Origin: Schmidtea nova
Lineage: Eukaryota
DNA: 64,000 bases
Assembly: GCA_044892505.1 (NCBI GenBank)
Contig: CM097883.1
Location: 351,912,001-351,976,000 of the forward strand
Reading direction: 5' to 3'
Made by a program: the position numbers and the translations under genes. Positions 9,998 through 23,023 of the stretch are shown piece by piece. Below the pieces are notes generated by a model. That model was not told where the DNA came from. It saw only the letters and a program-made list of their open reading frames with translations, and made no database searches. Positions within the stretch are counted from its first letter, which is position 1. Each line of letters starts with the position of its first letter.

Positions 9998-10273
9998 ATG
10001 TGTGAAAAAAAGCCAAGTAACCTCTACAAAAGTTCGACAATCATTGAAGCACAAAGAAAAGCTCTTGAAATATTGAATTCTAAATCAACTTCTAAAGAAA
10101 TAGTATTCAGAGATTCAGAAGGCCAATCTACAAGCCTTGATGCTTATATATATTGGAAGCATCTGCAACAACCGGACAAACCAGTGAAGCGTATAGAGAG
10201 AATATATTTTTGTTCTTCACTATATTTTCAGATACGCAAAGAAGAATGGAAAAACCTAATGAAAATATATTAA
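9998..10273 (+). pseudogene. Frameshifted copy 10 (2-nt AT insertion, 91 aa with altered C-terminus)
   Basis: Extra AT at ~10145-10153; same frameshift as copy 5. Confidence 0.55.
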
Positions 10274-11059
10274 AACTATCAAATGACAATAACTAAGATG
10301 ACATTTTCCATCTTCACAAACAACAAAAGATAACCATCCGTCACTAGACAACACGACAGACTGATTCCGATGCAAAATGAGAATAAAATGCAAAGATTTT
10401 CACAAATTCTAATGAAGAGTAAAATCCTCAAAATGTCAAATACTGTACTTCTGACTTAATGTATGTCAAAACATGGCTTGCTCGAGTAGAGTCTGGAGCT
10501 TTAGATGGCAGATGGACATACAAAGCTAAAAGATTTTAAAGTAAAAAAATATAAAGTCTTAGAAAAATTTCAAGAAATTTTGAATTTCCTAAAGACTTTC
10601 TTTAATTTTATATAATAGTCAAATGTTAAAACTGCACAATAATTACAAATATTTATACAATGATGGTAAGAGACTTAAATTCTCAAGACGTTGATACATA
10701 TTTTTGTTATTACTAGTAAATATACTAAAGATATTTACAGATCAAACTTTTAAAAATAAAAAGATATTTGGTGAATATTACATTTTAATCTAATAGCAAT
10801 AATTTATACTCTTTTGAAATAAGCAAAAATATTTCTGAAAAATGATATTTATATCAATGTATTTACAAATAAAAAATATAAAAACATTATTATTATTATT
10901 TATATTTATATTTTCTTTTATTGTCTTATCATTATTATCGCAATTTAAAGTTTAATATGTTGAAAAATATATAATTCCGGATTTAAGATTTCCTTATATA
11001 AATATTTATTTTTAAATTGTTCTAATATAAATAATTATTTATCATAAAACTATACCCTA

Positions 11060-11356
11060 ATGTGTGAAAAAAAGCCAAGTAACCTCTACAAAAGTTCGAC
11101 AATCATTGAAGCACAAAGAAAAGCTCTTGAAATATTGAATTCTAAATCAACTTCTAAAGAAATAGTATTCAGAGATTCAGAAGGCCAATCTACAAGCCTT
11201 GATGCTTATATATTGGAAGCATCTGCAACAACCGGACAAACCAGTGAAGCGTATAGAGAGAATATATTTTTGTTCTTCACTATATTTTCAGATACGCAAA
11301 GAAGAATGGAAAAACCTAATGAAAATATATTAAAACTATCAAATGACAATAACTAA
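11060..11356 (+). CDS. Hypothetical 98-aa ORF, copy 11 (L26, I69)
   Basis: ORF track; repeat copy. Confidence 0.45.
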   Translation: MCEKKPSNLYKSSTIIEAQRKALEILNSKSTSKEIVFRDSEGQSTSLDAYILEASATTGQTSEAYRENIFLFFTIFSDTQRRMEKPNENILKLSNDNN

Positions 11357-12122
11357 GATGACATTTTCCATCTTCACAAACAACAAAAGATAACCATCCG
11401 TCACTAGACAACACGACAGACTGATTCCGATGCAAAATGAGAATAAAATGCAAAGATTTTCACAAATTCTAATGAAGAGTAAAATCCTCAAAATGTCAAA
11501 TACTGTACTTCTGACTTAATGTATGTCAAAACATGGCTTGCTCGAGTAAAGTCTGGTACTTAAGATGGCAGATGGACATACAAAGCTAAAAGATTTTAAA
11601 GTAAAAAAATATAAAGTCTTAGAAAAATTTCAAGAAATTTTGAATTTCCTAAAGACTTTCTTTAATTTTATATAATAGTCAAATGTTAAAACTGCACAAT
11701 AATTACAAATATTTATACAATGATGGTAAGAGACTTAAATTCTCTAGACGTTGATACATATTTTTGTTATTACTAGTAAATATACTAAAGATATTTACAG
11801 ATCAAACTTTTAAAAATAAAAAGATATTTGGTGAATATTACATTTTAATCTAATAGCAATAATTTATACTCTTTTGAAATAAGCAAAAATATTTCTGAAA
11901 AATGATATTTATATCAATGTATTTACAAATAAAAAATATAAAAACATTATTATTATTATTATTTATATTTATATATTCTTTTATTGTCTTATCATTATTA
12001 TCGCAATTTAAAGTTTAATATGTTGAAAAATATATAATTCCGGATTTAAGATTTCCTTATATAAATATTTATTTTTAAATTGTTCTAATATAAATAATTA
12101 TTTATCATAAAACTATACCCTA

Positions 12123-12419
12123 ATGTGTGAAAAAAAGCCAAGTAACCTCTACAAAAGTTCGACAATCATTGAAGCACAAAGAAAAGCTCTTGAAATATTT
12201 AATTCTAAATCAACTTCTAAAGAAATAGTATTCAGAGATTCAGAAGGCCAATCTACAAGCCTTGATGCTTATATATTGGAAGCATCTGCAACAACCGGAC
12301 AAACCAGTGAAGCGTATAGAGAGAATATATTTTTGTTCTTCACTATATTTTCAGATACGCAAAGAAGAATGGAAAAACCTAATGAAAATATATTAAAACT
12401 ATCAAATGACAATAACTAA
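12123..12419 (+). CDS. Hypothetical 98-aa ORF, copy 12 (F26, I69)
   Basis: ORF track; repeat copy. Confidence 0.45.
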   Translation: MCEKKPSNLYKSSTIIEAQRKALEIFNSKSTSKEIVFRDSEGQSTSLDAYILEASATTGQTSEAYRENIFLFFTIFSDTQRRMEKPNENILKLSNDNN

Positions 12420-13182
12420 GATGACATTTTCCATCTTCACAAACAACAAAAGATAACCATCCGTCACTAGACAACACGACAGACTGATTCCGATGCAAAA
12501 TGAGAATAAAATGCAAAGATTTTCACAAATTCTAATGAAGAGTAAAATCCTCAAAATGTCAAATACTGTACTTCTGACTTAATGTATGTCAAAACATGGC
12601 TTGCTCGAGTAGAGTCTGGAGCTTTAGATGGCAGATGGACATACAAAGCTAAAAGATTTTAAAGTAAAAAAATATAAAGTCTTAGAAAAATTTCAAGAAA
12701 TTTTGAATTTCCTAAAGACTTTCTTTAATTTTATATAATAGTCAAATGTTAAAACTGCACAATAATTACAAATATTTATACAATGATGGTAAGAGACTTA
12801 AATTCTCAAGACGTTGATACATATTTTTGTTATTACTAGTAAATATACTAAAGATATTTACAGATCAAACTTTTAAAAATAAAAAGATATTTGGTGAATA
12901 TTACATTTTAATCTAATAGCAATAATTTATACTCTTTTGAAATAAGCAAAAATATTTCTGAAAAATGATATTTATATCAATGTATTTACAAATAAAAAAT
13001 ATAAAAACATTATTATTATTATTTATATTTATATTTTCTTTTATTGTCTTATCATTATTATCGCAATTTAAAGTTTAATATGTTGAAAAATATATAATTC
13101 CGGATTTAAGATTTCCTTATATAAATATTTATTTTTAAATTGTTCTAATATAAATAATTATTTATCATAAAACTATACCCTA

Positions 13183-13479
13183 ATGTGTGAAAAAAAGCCA
13201 AGTAACCTCTACAAAAGTTCGACAATCATTGAAGCACAAAGAAAAGCTCTTGAAATATTGAATTCTAAATCAACTTCTAAAGAAATAGTATTCAGAGATT
13301 CAGAAGGCCAATCTACAAGCCTTGATGCTTATATATTGGAAGCATCTGCAACAACCGGACAAACCAGTGAAGCGTATAGAGAGAATATATTTTTGTTCTT
13401 CACTATATTTTCAGATACGCAAAGAAGAATGGAAAAACCTAATGAAAATATATTAAAACTATCAAATGACAATAACTAA
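13183..13479 (+). CDS. Hypothetical 98-aa ORF, copy 13 (L26, I69)
   Basis: ORF track; repeat copy. Confidence 0.45.
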   Translation: MCEKKPSNLYKSSTIIEAQRKALEILNSKSTSKEIVFRDSEGQSTSLDAYILEASATTGQTSEAYRENIFLFFTIFSDTQRRMEKPNENILKLSNDNN

Positions 13480-14245
13480 GATGACATTTTCCATCTTCAC
13501 AAACAACAAAAGATAACCATCCGTCACTAGACAACACGACAGACTGATTCCGATGCAAAATGAGAATAAAATGCAAAGATTTTCACAAATTCTAATGAAG
13601 AGTAAAATCCTCAAAATGTCAAATACTGTACTTCTGACTTAATGTATGTCAAAACATGGCTTGCTCGAGTAAAGTCTGGTACTTTAGATGGCAGATGGAC
13701 ATACAAAGCTAAAAGATTTTAAAGTAAAAAAATATAAAGTCTTAGAAAAATTTCAAGAAATTTTGAATTTCCTAAAGACTTTCTTTAATTTTATATAATA
13801 GTCAAATGTTAAAACTGCACAATAATTACAAATATTTATACAATGATGGTAAGAGACTTAAATTCTCTAGACGTTGATACATATTTTTGTTATTACTAGT
13901 AAATATACTAAAGATATTTACAGATCAAACTTTTAAAAATAAAAAGATATTTGGTGAATATTACATTTTAATCTAATAGCAATAATTTATACTCTTTTGA
14001 AATAAGCAAAAATATTTCTGAAAAATGATATTTATATCAATGTATTTACAAATAAAAAATATAAAAACATTATTATTATTATTATTTATATTTATATATT
14101 CTTTTATTGTCTTATCATTATTATCGCAATTTAAAGTTTAATATGTTGAAAAATATATAATTCCGGATTTAAGATTTCCTTATATAAATATTTATTTTTA
14201 AATTGTTCTAATATAAATAATTATTTATCATAAAACTATACCCTA

Positions 14246-14542
14246 ATGTGTGAAAAAAAGCCAAGTAACCTCTACAAAAGTTCGACAATCATTGAAGCAC
14301 AAAGAAAAGCTCTTGAAATATTTAATTCTAAATCAACTTCTAAAGAAATAGTATTCAGAGATTCAGAAGGCCAATCTACAAGCCTTGATGCTTATATATT
14401 GGAAGCATCTGCAACAACCGGACAAACCAGTGAAGCGTATAGAGAGAATATGTTTTTGTTCTTCACTATATTTTCAGATACGCAAAGAAGAATGGAAAAA
14501 CCTAATGAAAATATATTAAAACTATCAAATGACAATAACTAA
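14246..14542 (+). CDS. Hypothetical 98-aa ORF, copy 14 (F26, M69)
   Basis: ORF track; repeat copy. Confidence 0.45.
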   Translation: MCEKKPSNLYKSSTIIEAQRKALEIFNSKSTSKEIVFRDSEGQSTSLDAYILEASATTGQTSEAYRENMFLFFTIFSDTQRRMEKPNENILKLSNDNN

Positions 14543-15305
14543 GATGACATTTTCCATCTTCACAAACAACAAAAGATAACCATCCGTCACTAGACAACAC
14601 GACAGACTGATTCCGATGCAAAATGAGAATAAAATGCAAAGATTTTCACAAATTCTAATGAAGAGTAAAATCCTCAAAATGTCAAATACTGTACTTCTGA
14701 CTTAATGTATGTCAAAACATGGCTTGCTCGAGTAGAGTCTGGAGCTTTAGATGGCAGATGGACATACAAAGCTAAAAGATTTTAAAGTAAAAAAATATAA
14801 AGTCTTAGAAAAATTTCAAGAAATTTTGAATTTCCTAAAGACTTTCTTTAATTTTATATAATAGTCAAATGTTAAAACTGCACAATAATTACAAATATTT
14901 ATACAATGATGGTAAGAGACTTAAATTCTCTAGACGTTGATACATATTTTTGTTATTACTAGTAAATATACTAAAGATATTTACAGATCAAACTTTTAAA
15001 AATAAAAAGATATTTGGTGAATATTACATTTTAATCTAATAGCAATAATTTATACTCTTTTGAAATAAGCAAAAATATTTCTGAAAAATGATATTTATAT
15101 CAATGTATTTACAAATAAAAAATATAAAAACATTATTATTATTATTTATATTTATATTTTCTTTTATTGTCTTATCATTATTATCGCAATTTAAAGTTTA
15201 ATATGTTGAAAAATATATAATTCCGGATTTAAGATTTCCTTATATAAATATTTATTTTTAAATTGTTCTAATATAAATAATTATTTATCATAAAACTATA
15301 CCCTA

Positions 15306-15602
15306 ATGTGTGAAAAAAAGCCAAGTAACCTCTACAAAAGTTCGACAATCATTGAAGCACAAAGAAAAGCTCTTGAAATATTGAATTCTAAATCAACTTC
15401 TAAAGAAATAGTATTCAGAGATTCAGAAGGCCAATCTACAAGCCTTGATGCTTATATATTGGAAGCATCTGCAACAACCGGACAAACCAGTGAAGCGTAT
15501 AGAGAGAATATGTTTTTGTTCTTCACTATATTTTCAGATACGCAAAGAAGAATGGAAAAACCTAATGAAAATATATTAAAACTATCAAATGACAATAACT
15601 AA
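15306..15602 (+). CDS. Hypothetical 98-aa ORF, copy 15 (L26, M69)
   Basis: ORF track; repeat copy. Confidence 0.45.
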   Translation: MCEKKPSNLYKSSTIIEAQRKALEILNSKSTSKEIVFRDSEGQSTSLDAYILEASATTGQTSEAYRENMFLFFTIFSDTQRRMEKPNENILKLSNDNN

Positions 15603-16364
15603 GATGACATTTTCCATCTTCACAAACAACAAAAGATAACCATCCGTCACTAGACAACACGACAGACTGATTCCGATGCAAAATGAGAATAAAATGCAAA
15701 GATTTTCACAAATTCTAATGAAGAGTAAAATCCTCAAAATGTCAAATACTGTACTTCTGACTTAATGTATGTCAAAACATGGCTTGCTCGAGTAGAGTCT
15801 GGAGCTTTAGATGGCAGATGGACATACAAAGCTAAAAGATTTTAAAGTAAAAAAATAAAAGTCTTAGAAAAATTACAAGAAATTTTGAATTTCCTAAAGA
15901 CTTTCTTTAATTTTATATAATAGTCAAATGTTAAAACTGCACAATAATTACAAATATTTATACAATGATGGTAAGAGACTTAAATTCTCTAGACGTTGAT
16001 ACATATTTTTGTTATTACTAGTAAATATACTAAAGATATTTACAGATCAAACTTTTAAAAATAAAAAGATATTTGGTGAATATTACATTTTAATCTAATA
16101 GCAATAATTTATACTCTTTTGAAATAAGCAAAAATATTTCTGAAAAATGATATTTATATCAATGTATTTACAAATAAAAAATATAAAAACATTATTATTA
16201 TTATTTATATTTATATTTTCTTTTATTGTCTTATCTTTATTATCGCAATTTAAAGTTTAATATGTTGAAAAATATATAATTCCGGATTTAAGATTTCCTT
16301 ATATAAATATTTATTTTTAAATTGTTCTAATATAAATAATTATTTATCATAAAACTATACCCTA

Positions 16365-16661
16365 ATGTGTGAAAAAAAGCCAAGTAACCTCTACAAAAGT
16401 TCGACAATCATTGAAGCACAAAGAAAAGCTCTTGAAATATTTAATTCTAAATCAACTTCTAAAGAAATAGTATTCAGAGATTCAGAAGGCCAATCTACAA
16501 GCCTTGATGCTTATATATTGGAAGCATCTGCAACAACCGGACAAACCAGTGAAGCGTATAGAGAGAATATGTTTTTGTTCTTCACTATATTTTCAGATAC
16601 GCAAAGAAGAATGGAAAAACCTAATGAAAATATATTAAAACTATCAAATGACAATAACTAA
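16365..16661 (+). CDS. Hypothetical 98-aa ORF, copy 16 (F26, M69)
   Basis: ORF track; repeat copy. Confidence 0.45.
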   Translation: MCEKKPSNLYKSSTIIEAQRKALEIFNSKSTSKEIVFRDSEGQSTSLDAYILEASATTGQTSEAYRENMFLFFTIFSDTQRRMEKPNENILKLSNDNN

Positions 16662-17423
16662 GATGACATTTTCCATCTTCACAAACAACAAAAGATAACC
16701 ATCCGTTACTAGACAACACGACAGACTGATTCCGATGCAAAATGAGAATAAAATGCAAAGATTTTCACAAATTCTAATGAAGAGTAAAATCCTCAAAATG
16801 TCAAATACTGTACTTCTGACTTAATGTATGTCAAAACATGGCTTGCTCGAGTAGAGTCTGGAGCTTTAGATGGCAGATGGACATACAAAGCTAAAAGATT
16901 TTAAAGTAAAAAAATAAAAGTCTTAGAAAAATTACAAGAAATTTTGAATTTCCTAAAGACTTTCTTTAATTTTATATAATAGTCAAATGTTAAAACTGCA
17001 CAATAATTACAAATATTTATACAATGATGGTAAGAGACTTAAATTCTCTAGACGTTGATACATATTTTTGTTATTACTAGTAAATATACTAAAGATATTT
17101 ACAGATCAAACTTTTAAAAATAAAAAGATATTTGGTGAATATTACATTTTAATCTAATAGCAATAATTTATACTCTTTTGAAATAAGCAAAAATATTTCT
17201 GAAAAATGATATTTATATCAATGTATTTACAAATAAAAAATATAAAAACATTATTATTATTATTTATATTTATATTTTCTTTTATTGTCTTATCTTTATT
17301 ATCGCAATTTAAAGTTTAATATGTTGAAAAATATATAATTCCGGATTTAAGATTTCCTTATATAAATATTTATTTTTAAATTGTTCTAATATAAATAATT
17401 ATTTATCATAAAACTATACCCTA

Positions 17424-17720
17424 ATGTGTGAAAAAAAGCCAAGTAACCTCTACAAAAGTTCGACAATCATTGAAGCACAAAGAAAAGCTCTTGAAATATT
17501 GAATTCTAAATCAACTTCTAAAGAAATAGTATTCAGAGATTCAGAAGGCCAATCTACAAGCCTTGATGCTTATATATTGGAAGCATCTGCAACAACCGGA
17601 CAAACCAGTGAAGCGTATAGAGAGAATATATTTTTGTTCTTCACTATATTTTCAGATACGCAAAGAAGAATGGAAAAACCTAATGAAAATATATTAAAAC
17701 TATCAAATGACAATAACTAA
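17424..17720 (+). CDS. Hypothetical 98-aa ORF, copy 17 (L26, I69)
   Basis: ORF track; repeat copy. Confidence 0.45.
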   Translation: MCEKKPSNLYKSSTIIEAQRKALEILNSKSTSKEIVFRDSEGQSTSLDAYILEASATTGQTSEAYRENIFLFFTIFSDTQRRMEKPNENILKLSNDNN

Positions 17721-18482
17721 GATGACATTTTCCATCTTCACAAACAACAAAAGATAACCATCCGTCACTAGACAACACGACAGACTGATTCCGATGCAAA
17801 ATGAGAATAAAATGCAAAGATTTTCACAAATTCTAATGAAGAGTAAAATCCTCAAAATGTCAAATACTGTACTTCTGACTTAATGTATGTCAAAACATGG
17901 CTTGCTCGAGTAGAGTCTGGAGCTTTAGATGGCAGATGGACATACAAAGCTAAAAGATTTTAAAGTAAAAAAATAAAAGTCTTAGAAAAATTACAAGAAA
18001 TTTTGAATTTCCTAAAGACTTTCTTTAATTTTATATAATAGTCAAATGTTAAAACTGCACAATAATTACAAATATTTATACAATGATGGTAAGAGACTTA
18101 AATTCTCTAGACGTTGATACATATTTTTGTTATTACTAGTAAATATACTAAAGATATTTACAGATCAAACTTTTAAAAATAAAAAGATATTTGGTGAATA
18201 TTACATTTTAATCTAATAGCAATAATTTATACTCTTTTGAAATAAGCAAAAATATTTCTGAAAAATGATATTTATATCAATGTATTTACAAATAAAAAAT
18301 ATAAAAACATTATTATTATTATTTATATTTATATTTTCTTTTATTGTCTTATCTTTATTATCGCAATTTAAAGTTTAATATGTTGAAAAATATATAATTC
18401 CGGATTTAAGATTTCCTTATATAAATATTTATTTTTAAATTGTTCTAATATAAATAATTATTTATCATAAAACTATACCCTA

Positions 18483-18779
18483 ATGTGTGAAAAAAAGCCA
18501 AGTAACCTCTACAAAAGTTCGACAATCATTGAAGCACAAAGAAAAGCTCTTGAAATATTTAATTCTAAATCAACTTCTAAAGAAATAGTATTCAGAGATT
18601 CAGAAGGCCAATCTACAAGCCTTGATGCTTATATATTGGAAGCATCTGCAACAACCGGACAAACCAGTGAAGCGTATAGAGAGAATATGTTTTTGTTCTT
18701 CACTATATTTTCAGATACGCAAAGAAGAATGGAAAAACCTAATGAAAATATATTAAAACTATCAAATGACAATAACTAA
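18483..18779 (+). CDS. Hypothetical 98-aa ORF, copy 18 (F26, M69)
   Basis: ORF track; repeat copy. Confidence 0.45.
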   Translation: MCEKKPSNLYKSSTIIEAQRKALEIFNSKSTSKEIVFRDSEGQSTSLDAYILEASATTGQTSEAYRENMFLFFTIFSDTQRRMEKPNENILKLSNDNN

Positions 18780-19544
18780 GATGACATTTTCCATCTTCAC
18801 AAACAACAAAAGATAACCATCCGTTACTAGACAACACGACAGACTGATTCCGATGCAAAATGAGAATAAAATGCAAAGATTTTCACAAATTCTAATGAAG
18901 AGTAAAATCCTCAAAATGTCAAATACTGTACTTCTGACTTAATGTATGTCAAAACATGGCTTGCTCGAGTAGAGTCTGGAGCTTTAGATGGCAGATGGAC
19001 ATACAAAGCTAAAAGATTTTAAAGTAAAAAAATAAAAGTCTTAGAAAAATTTCAAGAAATTTTGAATTTCCTAAAGACTTTCTTTAATTTTATATAATAG
19101 TCAAATGTTAAAACTGCACAATAATTACAAATATTTATACAATGATGGTAAGAGACTTAAATTCTCTAGACGTTGATACATATTTTTGTTATTACTAGTA
19201 AATATACTAAAGATATTTACAGATCAAACTTTTAAAAATAAAAAGATATTTGGTGAATATTACATTTTAATCTAATAGCAATAATTTATACTCTTTTGAA
19301 ATAAGCAAAAATATTTCTGAAAAATGATATTTATATCAATGTATTTAAAAATAAAAAATATAAAAACATTATTATTATTATTATTTATATTTATATTTTC
19401 TTTTATTGTCTTATCATTATTATCGCAATTTAAAGTTTAATATGTTGAAAAATATATAATTCCGGATTTAAGATTTCCTTATATAAATATTTATTTTTAA
19501 ATTGTTCTAATATAAATAATTATTTATCATAAAACTATACCCTA

Positions 19545-19841
19545 ATGTGTGAAAAAAAGCCAAGTAACCTCTACAAAAGTTCGACAATCATTGAAGCACA
19601 AAGAAAAGCTCTTGAAATATTTAATTCTAAATCAACTTCTAAAGAAATAGTATTCAGAGATTCAGAAGGCCAATCTACAAGCCTTGATGCTTATATATTG
19701 GAAGCGTCTGCAACAACCGGACAAACCAGTGAAGCGTATAGAGAGAATATGTTTTTGTTCTTCACTATATTTTCAGATACGCAAAGAAGAATGGAAAAAC
19801 CTAATGAAAATATATTAAAACTATCAAATGACAATAACTAA
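19545..19841 (+). CDS. Hypothetical 98-aa ORF, copy 19 (F26, M69)
   Basis: ORF track; repeat copy. Confidence 0.45.
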   Translation: MCEKKPSNLYKSSTIIEAQRKALEIFNSKSTSKEIVFRDSEGQSTSLDAYILEASATTGQTSEAYRENMFLFFTIFSDTQRRMEKPNENILKLSNDNN

Positions 19842-20605
19842 GATGACATTTTCCATCTTCACAAACAACAAAAGATAACCATCCGTCACTAGACAACACG
19901 ACAGACTGATTCCGATGCAAAATGAGAATAAAATGCAAAGATTTTTACAAATTCTAATGAAGAGTAAAATCCTCAAAATGTCAAATACTGTACTTCTGAC
20001 TTAATGTATGTCAAAACATGGCTTGCTCGAGTAGAGTCTGGAGCTTTAGATGGCAGATGGACATACAAAGCTAAAAGATTTTAAAGTAAAAAAATAAAGT
20101 CTTAGAAAAATTTCAAGAAATTTTGAATTTCCTAAAGACTTTCTTTAATTTTATATAATAGTCAAATGTTAAAACTGCACAATAATTTCAAATATTTATA
20201 CAATGATGGTAAGAGACTTAAATTCTCTAGACGTTGATACATATTTTTGTTATTACTAGTAAATATACTAAAGATATTTACAGATCAAACTTTTAAAAAT
20301 AAAAAGATATTTGGTGAATATTACATTTTAATCTAATAGCAATAATTTATACTCTTTTGAAATAAGCAAAAATATTTCTGAAAAATGATATTTATATCAA
20401 TGTATTTACAAATAAAAAATATAAAAACATTATTATTATTATTATTTATATTTATATTTTCTTTTATTGTCTTATCATTATTATCGCAATTTAAAGTTTA
20501 ATATGTTGAAAAATATATAATTCCGGATTTAAGATTTCCTTATATAAATATTTATTTTTAAATTGTTCTAATATAAATAATTATTTATCATAAAACTATA
20601 CCCTA

Positions 20606-20902
20606 ATGTGTGAAAAAAAGCCAAGTAACCTCTACAAAAGTTCGACAATCATTGAAGCACAAAGAAAAGCTCTTGAAATATTTAATTCTAAATCAACTTC
20701 TAAAGAAATAGTATTCAGAGATTCAGAAGGCCAATCTACAAGCCTTGATGCTTATATATTGGAAGCATCTGCAACAACCGGACAAACCAGTGAAGCGTAT
20801 AGAGAGAATATATTTTTGTTCTTCACTATATTTTCAGATACGCAAAGAAGAATGGAAAAACCTAATGAAAATATATTAAAACTATCAAATGACAATAACT
20901 AA
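20606..20902 (+). CDS. Hypothetical 98-aa ORF, copy 20 (F26, I69)
   Basis: ORF track; repeat copy. Confidence 0.45.
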   Translation: MCEKKPSNLYKSSTIIEAQRKALEIFNSKSTSKEIVFRDSEGQSTSLDAYILEASATTGQTSEAYRENIFLFFTIFSDTQRRMEKPNENILKLSNDNN

Positions 20903-21667
20903 GATGACATTTTCCATCTTCACAAACAACAAAAGATAACCATCCGTTACTAGACAACACGACAGACTGATTCCGATGCAAAATGAGAATAAAATGCAAA
21001 GATTTTCACAAATTCTAATGAAGAGTAAAATCCTCAAAATGTCAAATACTGTACTTCTGACTTAATGTATGTCAAAACATGGCTTGCTCGAGTAGAGTCT
21101 GGAGCTTTAGATGGCAGATGGACATACAAAGCTAAAAGATTTTAAAGTAAAAAAATAAAAGTCTTAGAAAAATTACAAGAAATTTTGAATTTCCTAAAGA
21201 CTTTCTTTAATTTTATATAATAGTCAAATGTTAAAACTGCACAATAATTACAAATATTTATACAATGATGGTAAGAGACTTAAATTCTCTAGACGTTGAT
21301 ACATATTTTTGTTATTACTAGTAAATATACTAAAGATATTTACAGATCAAACTTTTAAAAATAAAAAGATATTTGGTGAATATTACATTTTAATCTAATA
21401 GCAATAATTTATACTCTTTTGAAATAAGCAAAAATATTTCTGAAAAATGATATTTATATCAATGTATTTACAAATAAAAAATATAAAAACATTATTATTA
21501 TTATTATTTATATTTATATTTTCTTTTATTGTCTTATCATTATTATCGCAATTTAAAGTTTAATATGTTGAAAAATATATAATTCCGGATTTAAGATTTC
21601 CTTATATAAATATTTATTTTTAAATTGTTCTAATATAAATAATTATTTATCATAAAACTATACCCTA

Positions 21668-21964
21668 ATGTGTGAAAAAAAGCCAAGTAACCTCTACAAA
21701 AGTTCGACAATCATTGAAGCACAAAGAAAAGCTCTTGAAATATTTAATTCTAAATCAACTTCTAAAGAAATAGTATTCAGAGATTCAGAAGGCCAATCTA
21801 CAAGCCTTGATGCTTATATATTGGAAGCATCTGCAACAACCGGACAAACCAGTGAAGCGTATAGAGAGAATATATTTTTGTTCTTCACTATATTTTCAGA
21901 TACGCAAAGAAGAATGGAAAAACCTAATGAAAATATATTAAAACTATCAAATGACAATAACTAA
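21668..21964 (+). CDS. Hypothetical 98-aa ORF, copy 21 (F26, I69)
   Basis: ORF track; repeat copy. Confidence 0.45.
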   Translation: MCEKKPSNLYKSSTIIEAQRKALEIFNSKSTSKEIVFRDSEGQSTSLDAYILEASATTGQTSEAYRENIFLFFTIFSDTQRRMEKPNENILKLSNDNN

Positions 21965-22726
21965 GATGACATTTTCCATCTTCACAAACAACAAAAGATA
22001 ACCATCCGTTACTAGACAACACGACAGACTGATTCCGATGCAAAATGAGAATAAAATGCAAAGATTTTCACAAATTCTAATGAAGAGTAAAATCCTCAAA
22101 ATGTCAAATACTGTACTTCTGACTTAATGTATGTCAAAACATGGCTTGCTCGAGTAGAGTCTGGAGCTTTAGATGGCAGATGGACATACAAAGCTAAAAG
22201 ATTTTAAAGTAAAAAAATAAAAGTCTTAGAAAAATTACAAGAAATTTTGAATTTCCTAAAGACTTTCTTTAATTTTATATAATAGTCAAATGTTAAAACT
22301 GCACAATAATTACAAATATTTATACAATGATGGTAAGAGACTTAAATTCTCTAGACGTTGATACATATTTTTGTTATTACTAGTAAATATACTAAAGATA
22401 TTTACAGATCAAACTTTTAAAAATAAAAAGATATTTGGTGAATATTACATTTTAATCTAATAGCAATAATTTATACTCTTTTGAAATAAGCAAAAATATT
22501 TCTGAAAAATGATATTTATATCAATGTATTTACAAATAAAAAATATAAAAACATTATTATTATTATTTATATTTATATTTTCTTTTATTGTCTTATCATT
22601 ATTATCGCAATTTAAAGTTTAATATGTTGAAAAATATATAATTCCGGATTTAAGATTTCCTTATATAAATATTTATTTTTAAATTGTTCTAATATAAATA
22701 ATTATTTATCATAAAACTATACCCTA

Positions 22727-23023
22727 ATGTGTGAAAAAAAGCCAAGTAACCTCTACAAAAGTTCGACAATCATTGAAGCACAAAGAAAAGCTCTTGAAAT
22801 ATTGAATTCTAAATCAACTTCTAAAGAAATAGTATTCAGAGATTCAGAAGGCCAATCTACAAGCCTTGATGCTTATATATTGGAAGCATCTGCAACAACC
22901 GGACAAACCAGTGAAGCGTATAGAGAGAATATGTTTTTGTTCTTCACTATATTTTCAGATACGCAAAGAAGAATGGAAAAACCTAATGAAAATATATTAA
23001 AACTATCAAATGACAATAACTAA
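22727..23023 (+). CDS. Hypothetical 98-aa ORF, copy 22 (L26, M69)
   Basis: ORF track; repeat copy. Confidence 0.45.
   Translation: MCEKKPSNLYKSSTIIEAQRKALEILNSKSTSKEIVFRDSEGQSTSLDAYILEASATTGQTSEAYRENMFLFFTIFSDTQRRMEKPNENILKLSNDNN

Larger units (their letters stand above)
10155..14450 (+). repeat. Higher-order 2-unit duplication, period 2123 bp
   Basis: The rare TCTCAAG variant is at 10681 and 12804. ORF starts 11060/13183 and 12123/14246 are both 2123 apart and share tail and spacer variants. Confidence 0.8.
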
